A DNA stretch of 64,000 bases, taken from IMG/VR virus record IMGVR_UViG_3300017721_001070; one strand, given 5' to 3'. Numbering within the stretch: position 1 is the first letter of the stretch; each line of letters starts with the position of its first letter. Shown here piece after piece: positions 56,701 through 64,000 of the stretch. The DNA comes from an uncultured virus (IMG/VR IMGVR_UViG_3300017721_001070) (taxonomy: Duplodnaviria; Heunggongvirae; Uroviricota; Caudoviricetes; Kyanoviridae). The notes beneath the pieces were generated by a model, which was not told where the DNA came from, ran no database searches, and worked only from the letters and a program-made list of their open reading frames with translations. The position numbers and the translations under genes are program-made.

Positions 56701-59700
56701 GTTAATCTTAATCTCAGTTCCAGAAGGAACATCTAGAACTTCAAACTCATCAATAATTGTGTCTGGGAAGATGGTTGTAGTTACTCCAGAGTGCTCTGAG
56801 GAACATGTAAATTCAATATCCTTAAGTCTTACAAACTCACCAGTAGTAATATTGTGAGTCTTTCTGGTTGCGATTGTGCTAACACCAGTTGCTTCAGTAT
56901 AATCGAATCCAGAAATTGCCCATTCAATTCCAAGATCACTTGGGAATACGTTAGTCGTAATACCAGTTTCAACGTTTCCACCACTATAAGCAATGTATGT
57001 GTGAGCAAATCCAACAGTTGGAATCTGAGCTTCAAACTCAGTAGTGGAGTTGACCTTGGTTACATTGAATCCTTCATCATATTGAACTTCAGATAGGATA
57101 CCATGTGCGGAATATGTATGGGCGATAGTTGAGATGCCAACGTTGACATTGATTGTAGAAGCGCCAACACCAGTTACCTTAAAGGTATCTCCTTGGGTAC
57201 CATCAGGGAAGATAGTTGTTGTTACACCAGCATGTTCTGAAGAACATATAAATTCAATATCTTCTAGTTTGATATCTGTACCAACTGAAATTTCATGATT
57301 TCCAGATAGTGTGATTATGCTTGATCCACTGTTCTCAGTATATTCAAAGTTGACAATTGCAAACTGCTTACCTTCAGAACTTGGGAAGACATTAGTAGTA
57401 ACACCAGACTGAACAAGACCACCACTTACATATGTGTGAGCAAATCCAACAGTGTCTATCTGAGCCGTAAACTCTGTACCAGATCCTACATTTGTGACTG
57501 TGTATCCCTCAAGATACTTAACACCAGAGACAAAACCACCACTATCATAAGTATGTGCAATGGTAGAAATACCAACGTTGACTTTTAGTTCAGTTGCAGA
57601 GGGAACTGATAGAACTTCATATTCAAATCCTTGAGTGCCATCAGGGAATGTTGTTGTAGTAACGCCAGCGTGCTCTACATCACATGTAAACTCAATGTTT
57701 CTAATATCAACTGTTTCTCCAATAGTTATGTTGTGGTTTCTGTTGACGGTAATTGTACCAACACCAGTAGACTCGGTATAATCAAATCCAGTAATTCCAT
57801 ATTGAATTCCAGCTTTGCTTGGGAACTTAGTTGTTGTGATTCCAGTTTCAACTGTTCCACCACCAATTGGAATATGTGGAATAGTCGTTATACCGACCTG
57901 AGTAGTGAACTGAGTGGCGCTTAGAGTAGACTCTACGGTATTGAAGATTCTACCATTTGTGCCATCGGGGAAAATAGTTGTAGTGACACCAGCATGTTCT
58001 TCTGTACATGCAAATTCAAGATCAGCCAATCTCAAGGACATTCCTTTATTGAGAAGATGATTGGTGCTTGTAGTGACAGTTAGGATACCAGAAACATGAT
58101 CATACTCAGTACTGGAGATTCCCAATTGGGTGTCAAATCCCTTCTGACACTCCATTTCAAGATCATAGAACTTGACCTTCATATTTCTGTTTAGTTCGTG
58201 ATCACCGATTGTGGAAACAGTGATAATACCAGAAACATTATCATAATCTGCTGTGTAGATTCCAACCGTAGGTAAGAATTCTTTAGTACATTCAAACTTC
58301 AGGTCATGGAACTTGACCTTCATATTTCTATTCAGGTCATGTGCAGAACTTGTAGTTACAGTAATGATTCCAGAGAGATGATCGTAACTAGCAGTAGAAA
58401 CTCCAAGTAGATTGTCAAATCCTTTAGTACACTCAAACTTGAGATCTCTGAACTTAACTTCCATATCTTTGTTCAGGAAGTGATCTGTCTTCGTCGTGAC
58501 AGTCATAATGCCTGATACATTATCATAATCTAGTGCAGAAACACCGACCAGACTGTCATATCCACTTGTACAATCAAATTCAATATCTCTCATAGAAACA
58601 AAGTCGCCAATCTTGAAACCATGTGCATTTTCAGTTGTTACTGTTCCAATACCAGAAGATTGGGTATAGTCGAAGTTTGTGATTGTGCTGTAAGTTCCTA
58701 CAGTTTCAACACCAACAACGGTTGTAATGGATCCAGAGGCATCTACATCTACAATAACCTTAGCACCAACCAAAGGTGCTATTCCTGTACCACCAGTGTA
58801 TGCCAGAGAAACAATAATACCACCCTTAGGAAGCTGGTTTGCGTTAACATCATCAAATGATAGATATGGATCACCAGTAATTAACTTTGTACCACTAAAT
58901 TGTAGATTTACACCCTCAGAATCTGTTTCTAGAGAATACACATTAAGTGGGTTGTTATCAGTAGTTTGTCCTTGATGAATACCATTGATGAATACCACAC
59001 CACTTCCAGATGCAGTTTCTAATCCAACTGGCCTATTTCCTCCAGAAGTTAATCTAAATGTCTGTGCAATTCCAGTAAATTGTGTGGATACATCATCATA
59101 GATTTCATTTAGACTATAATCTTGCTTTAGATAAACTCTTCCGCTGAAAGAAGATCTTGTATAGAATAGATTTCTATCATCGGTTAAGAAGTCAGCACCA
59201 GCACCTTTTGGCGGATCAGTAAAGTGAATTGTTGATTGGATAATATTATAAGCACCTCTAAACAACTCAACATCTGCACCATGTGAATACAAATCAACAA
59301 CTTTCGTTCCTAGAGCAGCTCTATCCACATTAACAACATTAAATGTCCCAACACCAGAGATTGGACCTACATTAGATGAAGCCGCACCAATGTTGCGAAC
59401 TTTCATAAATTCATCATCAATTTTTAACAAATCTCCAGGAACAATAGTAGAAATTCCAGAAATTGCAAAGAATGTTCTGGAAGATCCAACTTCTTCTTTC
59501 GTCTGATAAACAATGTTTGTACTTGAAACAGGATCCTGAATAATACCATCAATAGTAATAAACGTTTTGGATAGTTTCTTAGTAGTCTCAATTGTGTGAG
59601 CATTTCCACCACCAGTAGCAGTAATTGCCGCACCAATTTTTCTAGCAGCAAAATCTTTCTTAGTTGCAAACTTAATAGTGTTTGGATCAACAACAATTGC

Positions 59701-62700
59701 AAAGAGTTGACTTGGTAGAATATTTGTACTAATTCCAGTTGTATAATTCTGTCCTACGGTACTTGCAAGAGCCACTTGAGACATTGAAACTGCAATTCCA
59801 AGACGCTCAGAATAATATGTACTTCCAACGCCAACAGGCAAATTATTGTCTACAGTAATAGAATTAATACCAATTGATGTGATTGTTCCAAAACCAGTTT
59901 CAGTATCAAGTTCTCTAATAGTATCTCCAATTGCCAAGACAGATGTATTTGCTACTCCACTAATAATCTTGCCACCATCAGTATCCCCAAAGAAGAATCT
60001 GAAAGAAGATCCAATACTAACAATAGTAGTTCCTGTAGAAACAGTAACACCAATAATTTCATCTCCAACATTTATATTTAAATCTGTGCTTGCAGCAGAA
60101 ACTATCTTAGAGTTAATTACAGAGTCGCCAATGAATTCTGATCCACCAGCAAGTGTATTTGCAATACCAATAGATTCAGAATTGACACCAATAATTGATG
60201 ATGCTGCAGTGTAAATAATTTCCTGTGTATTGAACAGGAAGTGGTTGGGAATATTAAGTTCTCCAGTTGATAGATCTAAAATTGAACTATTAGTTGGATT
60301 GAAAGATCTAGCAAAAATTAGATCACCATTGTGCTTGAGATCAAAATCTAACTTATCATTTGGAGTATATACAGCTTGTGCAAGATCGTTAATTGATACT
60401 CCATATGGGAAATCTGGAATAGCAGCAATATTTGTATCTTGTTCTTTATAGATAATTTCACTATATTGAGAAATCTTAATGTTTTCTCCATTGTACTTAC
60501 TATCGGGAATGAATAGTAAGTTTGCAAAAGGACCATTAAATTCACCACTAAAAGTACCAAGACCAATTGGTGTATTGACTCCAGTCTGTGCATATTCAAG
60601 AATCATTGTATCTACAAGACCATTATCCTGAGAGAATAGGACTTGACTCATAGAAATAGTTTCTCCAATTGCAACTCTAACAACAGATTTAGCGTATCTA
60701 TCAATTAGTGTTGATAATCCGACAACAGTAATACCATAACCAGCAGATGTTTCTTCAATTTTGTTGGACTCAACTCTTGCAGTTCTTTCAGATCCATCAT
60801 CCTGACCAGCAAGTTTGATGTGATAAGAAGAAAGACCAACATTTGAATTCTGCAATCCAACAACATTGAATTTAATTTGTGTTGTTTGTGCAGTATTATT
60901 ATGGAAATCAATCGCTAAAGTATCATTAGCAACTACATCAGTTTTTAGATATGCTCCAAAAGTACCGATAGCTCCAAATGATAATCTCTCCCTGTCATCA
61001 GAACTGAATCCATATTCAGACATATGAACATTTGTTCCATCGTTAATAACAGTTAGCTCAGAATAACTCAGTTCATTTGTAGTTGTATTTTTAATTTCAG
61101 CATATACCATTAAGGCATCATATTCAGAAGAACCTACTCCAATAATTGTAGTAGTTATGCCCGTAAGAACTGGTTTTGTAATTCCAAATAGTTCAGTATC
61201 ACCAACACTAAATGATCCAATTCCACTTGTTCTAGAGTCAAACAGTTGTCTGAAAACTTTAATGTTATATGTTTTGGTTGGATTTGATGGTGTAAATCTA
61301 ACTTTTAAATCAATAGATATACTATCATAAATTGATGTAATCTCACCGATAGTTTCTTCCTCTTCAGGAATGAGTGGTAATACTCCAGAGGACTTAATCC
61401 TAGACTTTTCTAAGATGAATGAATTTTCATTACCATCATTAGTTACAATAACTTCATGAATTTCATAATGTGTTGGATCTAGTACATCAGTAACTAAAAT
61501 ATAAAGTTTAGATGTTCCCGCAATTGGTGGAAATACCAAAATATCTTTAAATGAACCTTGAAGGTTTTCACTATCAACGAATTCAGTACTAATATCATCA
61601 ATTGTTAGAACTCTATTTGTAATACACTCAATATAAGAAGATAGTTTTTTAGAACCAAATTTGATTGAACTTGTGGTACCTTCAGCTACATCGGTATCAA
61701 CAGCAAAGTCAAAATTTCTCAGTGTAGTAGTATTTGTTTCACTAATATAATCAAGGATAATATTTTGGGTTGTCGTATCTTTATAATCAGGAATAACTCC
61801 TACAGACTCAATCAACGTATTGGCAAAATTCTTTGTACCTGCAATATGAGTTAGTCTGTTTACAGGACCACTAAACTCAGTAAACTCTAAAGGACTACTA
61901 ATAGAATAAGATAACTTTTGATAGTAATCATTGTCAGGTATTACCTGATAATCAGTGTTAAGGAATCCAATCTCATCATCCCATCCAAAGTTTTGATTAA
62001 TGCCATAATCAACGTCATAAGAACCTTCAAATCTATTAATATTTTTAATATTTGCCCTTGTACCAGAAACTGAACCAAAGATCCTATCACCAGACTCTAA
62101 TACATAATCGCCAAAAGTTTTTAAAACATTTCCTTCAGATTTTGTTACAATTAGATCAGTGTCTACAAAATTTGCAGATAGTGGAGTCTTTACTTGCAGT
62201 CTCTCATTGATGGTAAAATTATCTGGTTCGATCGAAACTTCAAATGTTGGATAGTTTTCAAATTTAGAAACATTTCCAAAAATAACGTCAGTTACAGCGA
62301 TACCAGCATTAGTTGTAAAGTCTTGAAGACTATATGTTAGAGTTGATGGATTAATACCGCCATTAAAACTCTGCACCTCAAAGAATGTGAATCCATAATC
62401 TTTAGAGTTGAATCCATCACCAACACTTCCAAATGTCTGAAGACCATCAATAAAGATTTTGTCTCCAGCCTTAAATGGTGACGTTGTGAATCCAAGAACA
62501 GGAGTTCTCAATGTTACAGTTACAATACCCGTATTAACACTGTCAACCTCAGTGATAGAAATTCCATTACTATTTGAAATACTATAAACACTATGTCCAA
62601 CACCAGCTAGTCCAGAAGGTGTGCTTACAATTTCTACAGTCTCAATGGATCCAGAACTTAATTTTGCGATAATTTCTGCATCTTCAACTTCTGTTTTAGT

Positions 62701-63999
62701 TACTGAATTTACTAGTACTAAATCTGGAGGAGTAATAAAGTTTTGACCGCCATATACAGTCTTAATTTCTTTTACTTTATTGGAATTGCTAACATCATAA
62801 TATGTTGGAATATCTGCAACAGGTTTTAGTGTTTTATCTTGAGAGAAATCAAATCCTGGTTTTTCAATAACAACAGACTGTAAAGCTCCAATAGTCTTAG
62901 ACTCCGCAAATACCTCAGCGTTTACTCCTTCTTCACTTCTAATTGAAGTGATACCAGGTATTCTCTTATAAGAATCTCCTGCAGAAAGAATTCTAACATT
63001 TGAAATGCCACCGTTAGATGTTTTAGATCTAGTAGTATAGGATAGCACTTCACACTCAGTTTTTGCATAAGAAACCCTTTCTGGAGTTTGCTGTAGAGAA
63101 ACTGTAAATGATGTTGTAGAAGCTGCTGCACCAATAACCTTTGTTTTAATATTATAGTTACTATCAATAAATGAAATCTTAGAATAGTTCTTTGATGCAA
63201 AATCTGGTTCAATAAGATCGCCTTTCTTAATATTGTAGAAGAGTTCGTTGGGTAGATCTTCAGTAAATTGTACGGTAAATGTGGCAGTAGTTCCTAATCC
63301 AACAGTTCCATTTCTGGTAACCTGGAATATATCGGTATTACCTGTACCAATAAATTCAGTTCTAAATGACTGATCTAGATATAGATCAAAATCATAGTTA
63401 AACAAAGATTGATGTGACAAATCAAATTTTATATTGTTATTCCTAACAATTCTCAAGTTTGGATTTATCTTGGCAATCGTATGTGAAGTTCCTCCAATTG
63501 AAGTGAAGGATACGGTTTTAATAGTTTTACCTTCTAGATCTTTCTTGGTTTCAACTAAGGAGAAATTATTTTTGTCAATTGAGTATACAAAGTACTTTCC
63601 AGTTGAAAATCCAGCTGGTAGTTCAGAGGAATTGTAGTAGACCAGATCTCCAGTCTCAAAACCATGATTATTAATGGTGAATTTTGAGCTAGAAATTCCA
63701 ACTGAAGAAGAAGTGAATCCTACTGGATCAATAATGATGTTCTGAATATCTTCTTGGAATTGAACCCTAATTTCAGTTGATGTTCCAATACCAACTGTTA
63801 GGTTTGGTTTTACTTGGAGAGTGACATCATCACCAAGGGATAATCCATGACGTGATGCTCCATTAATTGTTGCAGAAAGTCTAGAAACATCTCCCCTAAC
63901 TTGTAGAGGTTGTGTTGTGAGTTTATATTGATAATTATCACTTCCAAAGTTGTGGAACGCTAATTCTTCGCCGTTAATTTCTGTTTTAATACCAATTAA
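53755..63999 (-). CDS. gp7: Giant baseplate wedge initiator gp7-like protein (5'-partial, over 3400 aa in window)
   Basis: DNDYYQKLSYSI..HIAGTKNF motif; directly upstream of gp8; the frame is open from 63999 (checked manually), so the TTG at 63456 is not the start. Confidence 0.85.
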   Translation of the reverse strand, partial: LIGIKTEINGEELAFHNFGSDNYQYKLTTQPLQVRGDVSRLSATINGASRHGLSLGDDVTLQVKPNLTVGIGTSTEIRVQFQEDIQNIIIDPVGFTSSSVGISSSKFTINNHGFETGDLVYYNSSELPAGFSTGKYFVYSIDKNNFSLVETKKDLEGKTIKTVSFTSIGGTSHTIAKINPNLRIVRNNNIKFDLSHQSLFNYDFDLYLDQSFRTEFIGTGNTDIFQVTRNGTVGLGTTATFTVQFTEDLPNELFYNIKKGDLIEPDFASKNYSKISFIDSNYNIKTKVIGAAASTTSFTVSLQQTPERVSYAKTECEVLSYTTRSKTSNGGISNVRILSAGDSYKRIPGITSIRSEEGVNAEVFAESKTIGALQSVVIEKPGFDFSQDKTLKPVADIPTYYDVSNSNKVKEIKTVYGGQNFITPPDLVLVNSVTKTEVEDAEIIAKLSSGSIETVEIVSTPSGLAGVGHSVYSISNSNGISITEVDSVNTGIVTVTLRTPVLGFTTSPFKAGDKIFIDGLQTFGSVGDGFNSKDYGFTFFEVQSFNGGINPSTLTYSLQDFTTNAGIAVTDVIFGNVSKFENYPTFEVSIEPDNFTINERLQVKTPLSANFVDTDLIVTKSEGNVLKTFGDYVLESGDRIFGSVSGTRANIKNINRFEGSYDVDYGINQNFGWDDEIGFLNTDYQVIPDNDYYQKLSYSISSPLEFTEFSGPVNRLTHIAGTKNFANTLIESVGVIPDYKDTTTQNIILDYISETNTTTLRNFDFAVDTDVAEGTTSSIKFGSKKLSSYIECITNRVLTIDDISTEFVDSENLQGSFKDILVFPPIAGTSKLYILVTDVLDPTHYEIHEVIVTNDGNENSFILEKSRIKSSGVLPLIPEEEETIGEITSIYDSISIDLKVRFTPSNPTKTYNIKVFRQLFDSRTSGIGSFSVGDTELFGITKPVLTGITTTIIGVGSSEYDALMVYAEIKNTTTNELSYSELTVINDGTNVHMSEYGFSSDDRERLSFGAIGTFGAYLKTDVVANDTLAIDFHNNTAQTTQIKFNVVGLQNSNVGLSSYHIKLAGQDDGSERTARVESNKIEETSAGYGITVVGLSTLIDRYAKSVVRVAIGETISMSQVLFSQDNGLVDTMILEYAQTGVNTPIGLGTFSGEFNGPFANLLFIPDSKYNGENIKISQYSEIIYKEQDTNIAAIPDFPYGVSINDLAQAVYTPNDKLDFDLKHNGDLIFARSFNPTNSSILDLSTGELNIPNHFLFNTQEIIYTAASSIIGVNSESIGIANTLAGGSEFIGDSVINSKIVSAASTDLNINVGDEIIGVTVSTGTTIVSIGSSFRFFFGDTDGGKIISGVANTSVLAIGDTIRELDTETGFGTITSIGINSITVDNNLPVGVGSTYYSERLGIAVSMSQVALASTVGQNYTTGISTNILPSQLFAIVVDPNTIKFATKKDFAARKIGAAITATGGGNAHTIETTKKLSKTFITIDGIIQDPVSSTNIVYQTKEEVGSSRTFFAISGISTIVPGDLLKIDDEFMKVRNIGAASSNVGPISGVGTFNVVNVDRAALGTKVVDLYSHGADVELFRGAYNIIQSTIHFTDPPKGAGADFLTDDRNLFYTRSSFSGRVYLKQDYSLNEIYDDVSTQFTGIAQTFRLTSGGNRPVGLETASGSGVVFINGIHQGQTTDNNPLNVYSLETDSEGVNLQFSGTKLITGDPYLSFDDVNANQLPKGGIIVSLAYTGGTGIAPLVGAKVIVDVDASGSITTVVGVETVGTYSTITNFDYTQSSGIGTVTTENAHGFKIGDFVSMRDIEFDCTSGYDSLVGVSALDYDNVSGIMTVTTKTDHFLNKDMEVKFRDLKFECTKGFDNLLGVSTASYDHLSGIITVTTSSAHDLNRNMKVKFHDLKFECTKEFLPTVGIYTADYDNVSGIITVSTIGDHELNRNMKVKFYDLEMECQKGFDTQLGISSTEYDHVSGILTVTTSTNHLLNKGMSLRLADLEFACTEEHAGVTTTIFPDGTNGRIFNTVESTLSATQFTTQVGITTIPHIPIGGGTVETGITTTKFPSKAGIQYGITGFDYTESTGVGTITVNRNHNITIGETVDIRNIEFTCDVEHAGVTTTTFPDGTQGFEYEVLSVPSATELKVNVGISTIAHTYDSGGFVSGVKYLEGYTVTNVGSGTEFTAQIDTVGFAHTYVSGGLVQSGVTTNVFPSSEGKQFAIVNFEYTENSGSSIITLSGNHEISVGTDIKLEDIEFICSSEHAGVTTTIFPDGTQGDTFKVTGVGASTINVNVGISTIAHTYSAHGILSEVQYDEGFNVTKVNSTTEFEAQIPTVGFAHTYIAYSGGNVETGITTNVFPSDLGIEWAISGFDYTEATGVSTIATRKTHNITTGEFVRLKDIEFTCSSEHSGVTTTIFPDTIIDEFEVLDVPSGTEIKINVGPSTIAHTYSANGVAQGVKFVGGYKVGKVIDSKNFSVNALPVGFAHTYVAHSGGVVETGFTTTRFPDNRGIPFAISNFEYDKTTGFSTITTKKNYSGLAIGDVINLSGIAMTCLAYGNEIAIYDFDYTASTGVSTILTADNHGLSDGDLVMLRDIEFSCAAPHAGVTTTIFPDGTQGFYFNVNAGSSGTSIVTNVGISTIAHDYVSGTGKVRIGITTSIFPDGTQGSEFKIFGLPAPNQIITNVGVSTIDHIYDDHGVVFGVKYANPYSIRTIIDDNKFEVDVLKVGFAHTYVPSRRRGVPSGEAAEYYSGLTFGSGYFGAINVDIEEVGHEGTNASITATAGLGGTAIFSITNAGTGYTSPTINIEDPNYSEMPVVGVSRVAVGETTDSGFAAKLNVIVSASTTTGIGSTVFEASGFRLADTGFGFRRGDKFKPVGLVTATGVGTIFTDMIFEVTEISNDTFSSWNFGQVDYIDSISSLQNGVRTRFPLNLNGASLSFQKDEQNPQSALIDLDAVLLVFVNGVIQTPGKDYFFSGGTSFNFNFTAAPLKSDNIAIYFYRGTKDVDSKIVTVFESLKAGDILRLKGDRPSSIFEQNDRVLSAIVESEKVETNIYRNQGINENIFRPIDVTKQKRDLVIFEEKITKIRDSLEAQIMPVAKVIKNFSSSDTEIFLDNADFFQYEENAPGANLAEVVCDADIIGYQNVVAAAATATVSAAGTISEITIVNGGSGYPDGAIEIKIQAPKKVDNSLFNIIGIGGTAELTGTASGGQLTSVTIDEPGFGYTHTNVPQVIVELAKPIKDTIKEAEVILGYSGIITGIGTTTGISGHPLAMKFELDLSKSGSPALLQTLLVGYPIVVQNTTVVGTGITSVDSSDSEIVGISTIVDNIYYVSSISFNGNVGVITSNIKSDTITSGISSNGDYVGEFSWGKLSSFNRVEGALSFEPNGNTYDVGLSTYPTVTRKGFGLRNTGNISKKVFI
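55810..58690 (-). repeat. Array of 10 N-half and 10 C-half protein repeats within gp7
   Basis: N-half Y..-.G..T.TT...H....G..V....(I/L).F.C x10; C-half F.V.......F...(VG.STI/VGF)AH.Y..G x10. Confidence 0.9.
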
Positions 64000-64000
64000 G

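Noticed and set aside
55810..58690. CRISPR array or DGR template/variable repeat
   Set aside because: The repeats are in-frame, degenerate at synonymous positions and lack spacers or adenine-specific variation; no reverse transcriptase in the window
63454..63456. TTG start for gp7
   Set aside because: The frame stays open to the window edge, so the true start lies outside the window
1..64000. tRNA genes and photosynthesis AMGs (psbA, hli, cp12)
   Set aside because: No cloverleaf/T-loop signatures or matching proteins were recognised by eye

Overview
This is a 64-kb segment of a T4-like (Kyanoviridae-type) cyanomyophage genome, probably from a marine Synechococcus or Prochlorococcus host. 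Essentially all genes are on the minus strand. In transcription order (right to left) it carries a very large baseplate wedge protein (gp7-like, 5'-truncated by the window), gp8, a VrlC/DUF4815-like virion protein, neck/tail genes gp13-15, terminase gp16/gp17, sheath gp18, tube gp19, portal gp20, gp21, gp22, gp23 and gp3. It continues with uvsY, uvsW, late sigma gp55, gp47/gp46, purS, a VWA-peptidase/CobS-like AAA+ pair, gp45, gp44, gp62, regA, hsp20, gp43, uvsX, gp41 and mazG. Four 2OG-Fe(II) oxygenase-like genes, a DUF4338/DruA-like gene and many small ORFs are interspersed. I saw no tRNA, CRISPR, intron or intein. The most striking observation is inside gp7: about 960 aa made of 10 N-half and 10 C-half copies of one small domain, ordered like perfectly balanced parentheses, which implies a recursively nested, branched domain architecture. 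Other leads are a fixed-spacing 21-bp upstream motif at three promoters, overlapping divergent promoters at gp55, a candidate late sRNA after regA, a late-gated PD-(D/E)xK-like nuclease, a gp21-processed polyprotein and a possible DNA-modification cassette. All family calls come from manual motif recognition and synteny; no searches were run.
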